64,000 nt of DNA from Ruditapes philippinarum (lineage: Eukaryota): contig NW_026853995.1 in NCBI RefSeq assembly GCF_026571515.1, forward strand, positions 1 through 64,000, given 5' to 3'. How positions within the stretch are numbered: the first letter of the stretch is position 1; every line of letters starts with the position of its first letter. The notes beneath the pieces are model-generated. The model searched no databases. It saw nothing but the letters and a program-made list of their open reading frames with translations, and was not told the origin of the DNA. Below, piece by piece: positions 26,201-37,289 of the stretch. The translations under genes and the position numbers were made by a program.

Positions 26201-29200
26201 TTTCCATAAACATTTGTATTCTGTGAAAGACATTTTGGGGTCCGCCTGGGCTCCTTGCCGTTGGTTCTTGTTGCTGGGTCATATGGGGGTTGCGTTCATT
26301 GAACGCCGCCTTTCCTTGTTGATCTTGTTTTTCATATTTTTCGCAAATCTTAGCTTCCAGGTGCATCAAAAGTAGAATAAGTAAGCAGTATCGTAGTTCT
26401 GAATTGGTTTGATATTTTTATGTGTAATATATTTCTTTAAATTTCTTCTTTATATTATTTAATGATTTATTTGATGAGATTATGAAGATAATTTGATATT
26501 TTAGAATTGTAGCAGATAGCTTGAAATGTGGACGTAACGTAGAGGCTGAACAGTTTTCTGAAGTTACAATATACTTTTCCGACATTGTCGGATTTACAAC
26601 AATTTCTGCCAACAGTACTCCTATGCAAGTGGTCGACCTTCTGAATGATCTATATACGATGTTTGATGCAACTATTAATGCATATGACGTTTATAAAGTA
26701 AGAACCTTCATTTGAACCCTAATCTTCTTTACTTTGTGTACTGGGCGTGTGCTTTGAAATTCAATAAAATTGTTAGGGATTTCACTATTGAGTTACAAAA
26801 ACAACGAGCTACCAACATTAAACTGCCTGTTCAGACTAAACGGGTATTTAAGTCGACCTGCCTGTATACTTGTATCAAAGGCTAATCACATTAGCAGAGT
26901 AAGCATTAGAGTTAAAATGTTAAAATTGTCAGTGCGATTGACTCATTTAAGTTTGAATTCTTAGAAAAATCTACATGTTGTTTATGTTCTGACAGGGACG
27001 AAGTTGTATTTAATAAAGTATAAGCTTTTGATAAGTGATTCCACTTTGATGAGTCGTTTCACATCGATGATATTCAAATAGTCTAACTGTCTATATGAAG
27101 TGATTCCGATCGGTGTAACGTTGTTTAGAGCAAATTCAAAATGACAACAAATTAAAATCAGAAGCAATAACTTGTTAAAGTTATTTTTAATTTTTAACGT
27201 TTCCTTTGGACATCGACTGTATATTGAATCTGCAACCTTCTACATTTTGCCAATTTTAGACTTTATTTAAGGTAACTGTTTTATGTTTTAGGTTGAGACA
27301 ATAGGAGATGCATATATGGTTTGCAGTGGTTTACCGATAAGGAACGGTAATCGGCATGCCGGCGAAATCTCAACAATGGCGTTAGATCTTCTTTCACAAT
27401 GCGGAAATTTCACAATAAAACATATGCCGGAAGTGCCTCTCAGGGTTAGAATTGGACTTCATTCAGGTATTTGATATAGCCACACTTTTAATTTCATTAA
27501 ATATTTTAAAATCTTCCGAAATACAGTAATGTGAACGTTTTTAAAGTTTAATGTAGTGAAAGAACTGCTATCGTACAGAATATAATTTGCATTTTGCATC
27601 TCGTAGCTGTACGTTTATAAGTAGCTTAATATTTAATTCCAAGGTAAATTTGATGAAAGACCTATTGGCCATTGACTACGAAAGATGCAAAATATGCCAC
27701 TATGTTTTTCAGGGCCAGCGGTGGCTGGAGTTGTTGGTCTTACTATGCCGAGATATTGTTTATTTGGTGATACTGTAAATACTGCTTCGAGGATGGAATC
27801 TACCGGTGCAGGTAAAGATATAATATGAATAATCATATAATTATATCGACATGCAATATTTTTTGCTCAAACATCAGATATGTAATCCACGAGTGGCTTG
27901 TTCGTTTGTCGAAGACAATTGATCTTGGACATTCCGAGTGATGTTAAATTGTCTCCAACCCTGATTCAAAATCTTGTAATCAGTAATTATCGACAATAAT
28001 TATTGGTTATTGTTATCCAGAAAAGCTGCCGGTTTGATATGACAAACGTTTGTGTTAAAATTGTCGTTTAAACAGACTAATCAATCAAAAATGACAATGA
28101 ATAATTCTTTCTTTGTGTGGATTACTTTGTATATGTAATTGTTCTTTAAATAAAACTATCTGTGTCATTTTAACGATATAATTATCAAGATATGAAGATG
28201 ATATTTTCCATCATTTGTTGGATAGTTGAACATTCATTTTGATCTTGGTCGTCTAATCAATTATCTTATTATTCCATGTATGGAAAAAGGAAGCAGTTAA
28301 AGAGATTGCATCCTGTTAAATAAAACTTTAAACTTATTTGTTTCAGCATATCGAATACATATCAGTGAAACTGTTAAAACAATACTTGATCTACTTGGTG
28401 GTTATCAAACTGAATATCGAGGCGAAGTTGAGCTGAAGGTCAGTGAAGAATATAAATGTTCATTCCAATTATGGTTGATTAAAAGCTTAGTGGTGATTCA
28501 ATTAATCACAACACGTTTCATAAATAAAACAAGGACCTGTAAATTTTGTCATTTAATTTAAGTTTTTAAGGTAATAAAATTGATAAGATAGTGATATAAT
28601 TAATTAAACTGCGGAGAGGAAAGACAAACGACATGCGTAATTATCTTTGTTAAGCAATTTAAAGCGAATGAGCTCTTAATTAGGTGCACTTTCTCTTCAT
28701 CAATAGATATTTATCACATTTTATTTGATGAAATGCTAATTGTCTACTATTTTATCAGAACCATGCATATAAGATAGCGTTCACAATAATTGGAAATACT
28801 AAAACAATTAGCTCTTGGCAAACATTGTACTTGTTGATATCCGGATAATTGGAAACCTTTTGATCACTTTGGAGTGTTGTGTATAGCTAAGGGATAATTA
28901 CGATTAATTGGCAGCTATGTTTGTTGTTTATTTTTTAAGTTAAATTTTGTTCAATTAATTATTGTTCTGATGATAACAACATAATTAGAATCATAAACTT
29001 ATTAAAAGGAACGCTAAATTTTGTCAACAATATATTAAAAGTATTTCAAAGGGTTGAATATGTAAAGTCATGTTTTTTGAAAGAGGAAACCCTGTTGTTT
29101 ACCTCAAACGGTTAAAAATGATAATGCTGCAGGATTACTTTTATTGAGTTTATATATGGATTACAGTGGTTTAAAGCAAGCTAATAACAAAGCCCTCTCT

Positions 29201-31170
29201 CTTGTAAACAAATAATAATTAAAAAACATCAGAATGTATGTGATATATTTGAAAAAAAAAAATTGCAGGGAAAAGGCATGGCCAAGACGTTCTGGTTGAT
29301 TGGAAAAGATCAGTTCAAGAAAGATCTACCCGATCCTCCGCCTCTATCTAAGTATGTGTTTTCTTATTTTCTTATATTTATTCTAGAAAACAAATGTTCC
29401 CGCAGAACAGGTCCTTTCCCAATTAGTTTACTTACATAAACTTTGCTGCTTTTGTAAAGATAAACAATAACGTATTATGCATGTTTACTGATAGCAGAAG
29501 TTAGTAATGTCGATCGAACAGCGAATATGCATGAAACTGCAGACAGTTGTTATGAATAGATAACCACTTTTATTTTCATCTATGCTTTATTCGTCAGCAT
29601 TTACTTCATAAAGAATTAAACATTGTCTAAAATGTGGTACGAACTTTCATAACGTACAACATCTATTTATGTTAACGATATAAAGCCTGGCACAAAAGTA
29701 ATGTAATCATTTTTAATATATCTTCTACTACTTTGTGTCATTTGTCTTTCGCTTATATATTTAATTTGATTGCATTATGTTTTCTATTTTGCTTCATAAA
29801 GTGGAGACAATCATGGGTAGGTACACATGTTCGTTGGATCTATTGAAAAAATAACTAAAAATTTGCGCTCTACATTAAGTAACAAATTAAGTATAATTAG
29901 AATTAATTTAAAAAGAGAGAGGAAAAATAAGAAGCATTCCGAGAAACATGATGAAGACTGTAGAAAACTACATGAACTACCCGCCTTAGACCTAACAGTC
30001 CACATTTGTCACAAACCAAATCTTAGCCTGTCATACCTTTTTTAAAAAATGTGTTTTTTTTTAAGAATTTCAAAATTGTAATTTTTTAACTCTCATAAAG
30101 CGTTTATGCTGAAATTGATATGTTTCATATACATTACAAGTTCGATTTGAATTATTCACATTTTAGTTATATATAAGTTTTAACCTGATGAAGATCATTG
30201 TTATGATCGCAACTAGCCGACTTTAATAAATAATCTCAACCTATTAGGTGGTGACGTTTAGTTTCTCTAAATCATTTTCTGCCCTCAATTTATAAATAGG
30301 TTGTACAATTAATATTCTTATTTCATTTACAGTTTGTCAATTGACGAATTTAAAGCTGGTGCTAAGAAGGGAAAACTGGATCCTAGCAAATTTACAAAAC
30401 GTGTGTCAACTGTTTCGTCTCCAATGTTTCGCTCAAGTACACCACCAGTACTTGTTGACAATATAAACAATCACAAGCCGTCCGAACAACGGGTAATAAA
30501 CTCAATTATACACGTGAGTCCTACACCAAATAGCCATTCTGGTAATCTTAACGAAATGTCAAAAGATATTGATGGAACAGAAAATGACGTTAATGAATTA
30601 TTAGAGGCAAAAGAGCAAATTTTAAGCAATATCGATGAGGTTATGAATCCGACAAAATCAGGAGCACATACAGATAATCTTAACAACAAGTATGTGTACA
30701 CTGATCATGTTTCAAGCAAGCAACAGACTATCAACGACAATAATAAAGATGTATGCAACAATCATGAGATAAGTGTGAATGTTAATAGTAACCTCTGTTT
30801 ACAAAATGATAGTGAACTGAACGACAACGATGATCAATCTAAATCGTGCGTTATAACTAACAATGTTAATGACAAACATGTGACATTTAAAAAACTATCA
30901 CTGGATAAAAGTGTTTCTAATTCATTGAATGAAGAGAATGAATATATCATTACAGACATAAAAGTAAATGATATCAAAACTTCATGTGATATTCATGATA
31001 ATAACTTGATCTCACCAAGAAGGAATATCGGTGAAAGCAAAACAAGGAAAACAAATTCACCACGTACAAAAATGTATGCAGGATCAAACCAAAACAGATC
31101 TAGAAACTCAAATGAAACAAATAGTGGATCTAAAAGAAGACGCCCTAGTTTTCAAGAGAGTCTTGTTTAA
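17051..31170 (+). CDS. Receptor-type (single-pass) guanylyl cyclase, retinal GC/GUCY2D-F-like, 5'-incomplete. Join 17838-17998, 18351-18456, 19937-20068, 20953-21030, 21528-21632, 22277-22348, 22850-23006, 23298-23447, 24773-24944, 25372-25512, 26505-26697, 27292-27466, 27713-27811, 28347-28438, 29269-29351, 29802-29816, 30333-31170, plus damaged exon 17051-17224
   Basis: All 17 exons are bounded by AG/GT with matching phases and total 2769 nt with no internal stop. Motifs: TM helix; RHENVN, CSRGSLED, HGNLKxRNC, SDFGL, APEHL (kinase-homology domain); [21 protein letters not shown] (coiled coil); [35 protein letters not shown] (class III cyclase with the GTP-specifying E and C). [21 protein letters not shown] and NHGLS resemble retinal-type GCs. 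Confidence 0.95.
17838..17998 (+). CDS. Receptor GC exon: juxtamembrane Cys pair and TM helix ([54 protein letters not shown])
   Basis: tttgcag acceptor, TG|gtatgt donor, WP..D.C...C pattern followed by a hydrophobic run. Confidence 0.85.
18351..18456 (+). CDS. Receptor GC exon ([35 protein letters not shown])
   Basis: atttag acceptor, AAG|gtgagt donor; completes the TGG codon; basic post-TM segment. Confidence 0.88.
18468..19070 (+). repeat. 33-bp minisatellite (consensus aagatttatctgtgacaccatactcaacaaagt), about 11 units, interrupted at 18511-18692
   Basis: Visible repeats; 11-aa periodicity in the ORFs at 18809 and 18873. Confidence 0.88.
18511..18692 (+). mobile_element. Unclassified ~150-180-bp structured interspersed element, copy 1
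   Basis: Homologous to 25208-25331 (+) and 34572-34728 (-); stems GGAACGGTA/TACCGTCC and CAGGCTC/GAGCCTG. Confidence 0.7.
19937..20068 (+). CDS. Receptor GC exon (IMNGNSN...DITDTARYN)
   Basis: ctttatag acceptor, AAT|gtaagt donor, 132 nt; ARYN joins GDLVHVK. Confidence 0.88.
20062..20590 (+). repeat. 21-bp minisatellite (consensus tataatgtaagtataaaatct), decaying rightwards
   Basis: Over 20 visible degenerate units starting at the exon/intron junction. Confidence 0.9.
20953..21030 (+). CDS. Kinase-homology exon ([26 protein letters not shown])
   Basis: ttttacag acceptor, ACG|gtaagt donor, 78 nt. Confidence 0.9.
21528..21632 (+). CDS. Kinase-homology exon ([35 protein letters not shown])
   Basis: atttcag acceptor, GAG|gttaga donor, RHEN and CSRGSL motifs. 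Confidence 0.93.
22277..22348 (+). CDS. Kinase-homology exon ([24 protein letters not shown])
   Basis: ttttcag acceptor, AGG|gtaagt donor, IKLDW.FK.SLL.DL motif. Confidence 0.93.
22850..23006 (+). CDS. Kinase-homology exon ([36 protein letters not shown]...)
   Basis: ttttaag acceptor, G|gtaaac donor, HGNLK and DFG motifs. Confidence 0.94.
23298..23447 (+). CDS. Kinase-homology exon ([12 protein letters not shown]...KGDVYS...SEPY)
   Basis: atttcag acceptor, G|gtgaga donor, APE and GDVYS motifs. Confidence 0.94.
24773..24944 (+). CDS. Kinase-homology C-lobe exon ([18 protein letters not shown]...[10 protein letters not shown]...GGK)
   Basis: tatgcag acceptor, AA|gtaagg donor, CW.E.P..RP motif. 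Confidence 0.94.
25208..25331 (+). mobile_element. Same unclassified element, copy 2 (internally deleted)
   Basis: taagccggtgct.ggggcg..acggta..ttgca..cagtacc..tcaaaccgagcctgcaa..ttgggc..aagggattct. Confidence 0.68.
25372..25512 (+). CDS. Coiled-coil/dimerisation exon ([46 protein letters not shown])
   Basis: cgtttag acceptor, AG|gtgaga donor, canonical signalling-helix sequence. Confidence 0.95.
26505..26697 (+). CDS. Cyclase exon 1 (IVADSLK...[15 protein letters not shown]...YDVYK)
   Basis: ttttag acceptor, AAA|gtaaga donor, FSDIVGFT. Confidence 0.96.
27292..27466 (+). CDS. Cyclase exon 2 ([15 protein letters not shown]...RIGLHS)
   Basis: ttttag acceptor, G|gtattt donor. Confidence 0.96.
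27713..27811 (+). CDS. Cyclase exon 3 ([33 protein letters not shown])
   Basis: ttttcag acceptor, G|gtaaag donor. Confidence 0.96.
28347..28438 (+). CDS. Cyclase exon 4 ([31 protein letters not shown])
   Basis: gtttcag acceptor, AAG|gtcagt donor. Confidence 0.94.
29269..29351 (+). CDS. Cyclase exon 5 ([27 protein letters not shown])
   Basis: ttgcag acceptor, AA|gtatgt donor, KGKG...TFWL motif. Confidence 0.93.
29802..29816 (+). CDS. 15-nt micro-exon ((N)GDNHG), phase 2/2
   Basis: Pyrimidine-rich tract plus aag acceptor, GG|gtaggt donor; creates PPPLSNGDNHGLSIDE, resembling the retinal-GC NHG(L/I)S tail motif; identical at 5054-5068. Confidence 0.7.
30333..31170 (+). CDS. Terminal exon: ~279-aa N/S/D/K-rich disordered tail ending [12 protein letters not shown]
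   Basis: tttacag acceptor, 278-aa ORF in the ORF track, phase fits the upstream exon. Confidence 0.88.
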
Positions 31171-32054
31171 ATCACAATTTGATTACAAGACTCCATGAAC
31201 ACTTTAAACCAGGACATTGTCTGAATTCAAGGTGCTGTTTCACAATCTACGCATGTTGTATAATCTCTATTTTTTTCATTTCATGACAAAACGATTGGGA
31301 GAATCTTTCTGTTTTTGTTAGCGTAAGGTCTATTGCTCTTTAGGCTGTCTTGGTTTAAGGGTAACATTATATGACACAATGACCTACAATAAGTTAAAAC
31401 TTACCACGATTTATATCTTACATGCCCTTGTCGTTTTTTAATTCGATATAGTCAAAATCATAATTTGTTTATAGAAAGAATTTCAAAACTAACTACTGAA
31501 TAAATAGTTGGCTATGGATACCATGGATACATGTTGATGACACATACGTGTATGTGCCGGCTTATCTTGGTCTGCATAGGTCAAACGGGTTACTATAAAA
31601 AAACACACACACACAATAGAAAAACAATAGCATTATAAAAAATTAACGAACAATTAAAAGCAAAAATTCAGGAACTAAATTATTTTAATAAAATACTTAA
31701 ATTGTATTAAAGTGATTTTATATGATCTTGTAACAAAAACACGTATCATGTAGTTTTTATTTAAATGAATTTTATTGCCAATAAATGCATTAATATGTTT
31801 GTACATGTCAGAAATATTTTGTCAAAAGATGCAACATATGTTAAGATAAAATATTTCCAATTTGTCTTGGCATAATATGCATTTTAATTATTTACATGTA
31901 TTCGTTTGATAGACTTTCCTATTGTTGAATAATTTAAATATATAATGTATTAATGTTAAGTTTTTTATGTGTTAACATGTTATAATGTATATTAATGTCT
32001 GTCTAGTTTTGTTTCAAATTTTGGTATATTGTTTCCTTTTATATAGACCTTTTG

Positions 32055-32135
32055 AATAAAACTGTTCTATTTAAATATCTTTCTTAATATAATAAAAACA
32101 AAATTATAATAAATTTGGCAGTGTTTTCCGTTTTT
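32055..32135 (+). terminator. Candidate polyadenylation region (AATAAA at 32055, 32091 and 32108, followed by a GT/T-rich tract)
   Basis: Clustered AATAAA about 0.9 kb after the stop, then gtgttttccgttttttc; AATAAA is common in AT-rich DNA, so weak. Confidence 0.3.
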
Positions 32136-32331
32136 TCTAACCCGTTCCTCATTTTCTTTTCTAATGCATTTAAAGATATGTATCTTAGATAAGATGCAAT
32201 TAAATTTATAGCAAAATGTAATAGAGTTCGTGTTAATATAAATTCAAAGCTACAATTCAAACTGATTAAGATTTAAGATCTTCATTTGAATTGAGAATAT
32301 TTCAAGTTATATTAACATAATTATAGTTTGG

Positions 32332-32447
32332 GAGCCCGCTCGTTCATGCATGAAATAAGGCACGGAAGTACACTCCACCAGTTTGAACGTCGCATTATGA
32401 CATAAACTGTGTCGGTGTGACGAAAAAAACAATCAAACAAACACAGA
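32332..32447 (+). mobile_element. Truncated MetaSINE 3' fragment
   Basis: Same sequence as 7645-7760. Confidence 0.65.
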
Positions 32448-32794
32448 CAAATCATAGTTTTGAAATGTATACATGCTACAAGTATTCTGAATGGCCACTT
32501 AACGAAATGTACCACGCAATGCGGCTAGGCAAATTTCTTAAGCCTTCATATAATTTATCAAGTAATTTCAGTTTAGAATGCAATAGATTTACACAAAAAT
32601 GAAATTAAGCAAGAAAACAAGATTCTCTTTTTATAATATCAACACAATCTAATCATCGTTATTATAGTAAGGTAATATAATGACTGTTTATTGAAACAAC
32701 TTGTGCCATTTATTTGTAATTGTCATTTCGACTATTTGATGTTATGATTTCTCAAAGTTGTCATTAAATTGATAACTAATGTAAGCAACGTATT

Positions 32795-33532
32795 CCTCTG
32801 ACGAAATGAGTCTCATTAAGTAAAAGACAGCATGAAAAAAACAAGAATACACATCAACAAGGCAAAGCAACGTTCACAGGATGCAGCCCCCCGACAGACC
32901 CAAGTAGGGCACTCACAAGACAACAAACAAAAACCCGTAGTGGACATAAGGGTGAAAGGAGTGGGACATGTAATGTGAAATAATATTCACTAAACAGGCC
33001 CATATGGGAATTAAAGGAATAAAGGTTGTAAGGGTGAAAGGGGGGTGGGGGCGATCAAAAATGGGAGAAGGGGGAGGGGGGTGAGAAAATACCTACCGTC
33101 AACGACAATGGAACAAGACAGACATCATAAAACATGTAAACAACCATAAAAAACTAACAATACAGACATGAAAAACACGTGAAGGAACACAGAGGGGTAC
33201 CGTCTTGGAACGGTCGGTTTTACGCGCGCCAAACCTCACTTTTAGCCCCAATATGTTCCTGAATGACACGAAAATCTAAATAAAATTAATACCCTCCAAG
33301 TAAAATTCTAACAATGGTCATGGTTACATTAGACGAAATAAATAAAACACGTAAAAGATAAATATGTAGAAAAAGGTACAGCCTAATGACCATTAACAAA
33401 GTACTCGATGCCTTAAAGAAAATCAGAGCAACAAGAAAATTACCTACAAGGGCCCGACAAAGTAAGACAGAAGACGAACATTAAGACAATTCAGTCCCAA
33501 AGGGCTTTAAGAAGTGTCCATCATAGAGTCTC
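32795..33532. mobile_element. ~740-bp purine-rich insertion (unclassified interspersed repeat) with a G-tract cluster
   Basis: Absent at ~8105-8145; contains gtaccgtcttggaacggtc..ccaaacctcact, recalled from abundant bivalve repeats; no clean TSD. Confidence 0.6.
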
Positions 33533-34429
33533 TCGAAAAATAATTCAACAGAATTAGAAATCGAATACGACTAAAGCATATGCAGCATAGAAATATGTTT
33601 CTTCCGAAATTTGATATATTCCCAACTTGTCCTTTAATCAATATACGAGGCAAGGATGCAATATATAACGCAGTACTAGAAATTATTTCTTTGAGAATGA
33701 TCTTTAATTTCCTGTCGCGTGTTAGGTGTCATCACAATATTCTGTGATTAAAGTCAGACAAATACTCAATGTGCAATTTGCAGCAGAAACTATCGATGTA
33801 AAGGATATTAGTGATATAAATTGAATGTACGAACTATCAGGGTTGTTAAGTATATACTGCTGAACTCAGTGCCATGGAATGTGAGAAAATTTGCACTTTC
33901 CTGACAAATGTCAAAATGATTACGCAATTTACTTTTCGGTGCTTTCGAGGGATCTCCCTCTTTATAGGATATGTGTGCACGTAAACAAAACATAGTACTT
34001 GAGTTTAAAAGAAAATTTATTGAAATATCATTTTTAAAACATCTCTCTGGCTACTAAATGAACTGGAAATGTGCGGTTATTATCTTAGGGTAGTATGATA
34101 CTTTGAAGCGACGAGGAAATTGCATAATTAAATGGTTAATCAACATTTTTTATCAGAAATTTCAACCAAAAAAAAAGTGTCTAAATATGAATATATCTAG
34201 AACGTTACATGTATATTGTTCTTTATTGTGCGGAAAACACGACAAAATGAAAGATCATGCTAGCTCTACAAGGATACAACATTTACAAAATTTGTTCACA
34301 TGTGTTGTCTTTATAGTTTGTTATACATTGTCTACACGTATATTGTAATGCAAAATAGTTGGTAGAAGATCAGAGTATGCCACTGAAATACGGTCTTATA
34401 TTTAGAACCGTTGTCTCCATAGTATAGGG

Positions 34430-35255
34430 TACAAAAGAGAGTTTCAATGAAATTTGTGTTCTGTGTATGGACAATCAAAATGTTTTTTTCATTAGCTATT
34501 CGTTTGTTTTAATTACCGGTATTTCCAGTGGCGTAATTCTGACTGTAGATGCACCCTATGCCCGCCCGCCTAAAATAGAATCCCTTAGAGAAAGCCAATA
34601 ATTGCAAATGTTGCAAGCTTGGTTTGACTGAACCTGTATGTGGACGGAACTGGTAATTGCAATCTACCTTATACGCCCCCATACGCACCGGCTTAACATG
34701 AACTGGTAAAACTTTGAATTTAGAAACAACGTCATATATCTATGTAAAGACGGTTGCTAACTAAAACAAAAAGTACGCACCGATGCAAGATACATCTTTT
34801 GGCAAATTGCTTGTATCTTTGGCAGCAGCGTGATTTAAAAATTAAAAGATCTGTGCTAGATGGACACCCCATTTGCCGATATATGAGCAGAAACAGGCTC
34901 ACATTTAATGCAAAATGTTGTTGCCTAAACAGTTTCCAAATAACAATGCATGGAATTTTGCAAATGTTACTGATGGCGATACATGAGATCACATATATGA
35001 GCAAAAATGTAAACATAAACACAGGATGTGGGCTTCAAAGCTTAGCAAAAGCTTGGAAAAAGTCAGTATAGGAAGGTATGCCATTGTCTTTACAACTCAG
35101 GGTCCCGTCATCCATTTTGTTATCCCTAAAGGCAAATTTGTTAATGAAAAAATTTACAAGACAAAAGTCATTCGTAAACTTATCAAACAAGTTTGGAAAC
35201 GAAGACCCGAAACAGGTCGGTTAAGGTAGACGGATGGCTGCATGACAACGTGTCT
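34430..35255 (+). mobile_element. Decayed mariner (Tc1/mariner) transposase relic
   Basis: Frameshifted pieces VDAPYARPPK, ICARWTPHL (cf. WVPH), YAIVFTTQGPVIHFVIPKGKFVNEKIYKTKVIRKL..KRRP, LHDNV; truncated after the second catalytic Asp. Confidence 0.82.
34572..34728 (-). mobile_element. Same unclassified element, copy 3, inserted into the mariner relic
   Basis: Reverse complement matches 18511-18692; splits the transposase between PPK and TTS. Confidence 0.7.
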
Positions 35256-37289
35256 ATAGGTAAGGACATTAGATAAATGATTATGTTTTTAATTTTAACA
35301 TTAATTTTCACATAGCTGAAGTATGTGATCCTCCCAACAATACACAATAGATTTGTTATACGAGAAGCTTGATGTCATTTTGGATTACACTAGAGTGTAA
35401 TGCAGATTTTTCTCTGTCGGTTCATATTTATGCATGTGTTACATGCATTACATGAACAGGTATATAACACAAAGATATGACTGTATATTTACACATTTAT
35501 TATAAATGCCTTTTCCATAATCTTGAATACAATTTTGTTAACAATGTCAAATTCGGTTAGAAAGTGTCCATTATAATGGCGCTATTGTATCGTTATTTAC
35601 CTTTACAGCCTATGCTTTAGCGAAGAGTGTCTGATTATTTACTTTTGCAATATCTTTGAAAAGTAATTATCTATTTGCGGAGATAAAGCATAGATACAGC
35701 ACTTATCTTGTTCTTGAGACCACCTTTGTTCTTGTCAGGAGTAGAGCACCAACACATGGGACCTTTGATTTCATAAGGTCTAATTCACAATTGTTTGAAA
35801 TAATGATGTTGAGGGATGTTATATTGGGTGCCGACCTTCCTTGTTGATCTTTTTTTTATATTGTAGCGGGGATTCAAGCATGTCATCCTTAGATCCATAT
35901 CCAGTGATGCTTGTACTTCAAAAAGATTTATTTCCTTAACAGTAATAATTAGTATAATAGTTGATCAATGCTATGCTTTTAGCGCAAACATATTGCAATG
36001 CCTCATACAAACCTTTCTTATCATGGATTTTGCAACAACTACAAAAGAAGTTGCTCATTTTATTCTTTATTTTCATTTTATGATTCACGATAGAAAATAT
36101 GAAGATATGGCTCGCTTATCTAACCCTTGATGAATATTGAACAAGAAAATTTAACTTTTGTTCTAGGATATTGATATCTGACATCAGACTGTATTAGGCT
36201 TTTAGTTATAACAGCTTAAATGATAACATTTTCTTTGATGTATTGAATTGATCTTGGCTTCATGACATACAGTTAAAACAACTATTGTTCAAGACATTCT
36301 TGTTGAATTAATTTGAAAGGATAGAACATGTTGAACATTTTGATAAGACATTCTTAAACAGAAATGCGTCGCTTGTTTTCATCTGTTTCAGGCATATAAC
36401 TGAGGTGTTTTGACATGAAAGGACAAAAACAACGTGGTGAAGGTCAATTTAAATATGTGTAAAAATTTCAGATCACTTTGTTCACAGAGTTTTTTATTTA
36501 TTTTACAATATTTTGAAAGGCTAAAAATGAAAACACCTTTAAAGGCTTCTAATAAACCATTTTTTAACCTTGAACATATATTCGAAAATTCGAAAAACTT
36601 GAGTTTGGCTCAAAACGGTTCTCGGGCGGATGGTGTTATGTGCTATGCAACACTACATTAAATAACCAAACCTGCTAAGTCCATACTAAATATAAGTATA
36701 ATTAAACAATAACATTAAGATAACGCGTTATGAATTAAAAATTAAAATATTGAACTGTAACCTTTTGTATGCCAGCATTTTCACTTAAGAGGATATAAAA
36801 CAAGTGTTTGCCTTACTGATATTTTCACTTTATAGATTAAGGATATAAAACGAGTGTTTGCCATACTGATATTTTACAAGCCTATATTTCTTTTTAACTG
36901 ATTCTATTATCATATTCTCAAATCACGCAAATACATTTTATTCTGTAGATTTTATTCCGTTTATATCTCTTTATGTAACCATGGCATACGCCATAAAATA
37001 AACATTTTGGGGTAAATAGTTGTTCTTGTTTCACTATTCAATTAATCTGGATATACAACAGTTACGTTTATCCTATGATAAGTCTACACTATATTTTTGA
37101 TATTTTTGAAATTGGTAAAAGTGTCATTTCATTGTTATTAATATTATATTTATATTCTTATAATGTCTGTACAATAAAACATTTCTAATTTATACAAATG
37201 TAACAGCGGCTTAGCTTGTGCAAATGATATGACTTAGTAGAAATAAACTTAAGCCAGTTGTCTTAATATTGATTTTTGTTTTGTACAGA

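Noticed and set aside
32798-32820. CTGACGA as a hammerhead ribozyme core
   Set aside because: No stem II followed by GAAA, and no stems I/III could be built.
35260-36487. 1.2-kb copy-2-only segment starting GTAAGG and ending TTCACAG, suggesting intron gain or loss
   Set aside because: Copy 1 keeps tgtctactgag, which aligns with the last ~10 nt (tgttcacagag), so the break is not at the AG; the flanks are also non-coding.
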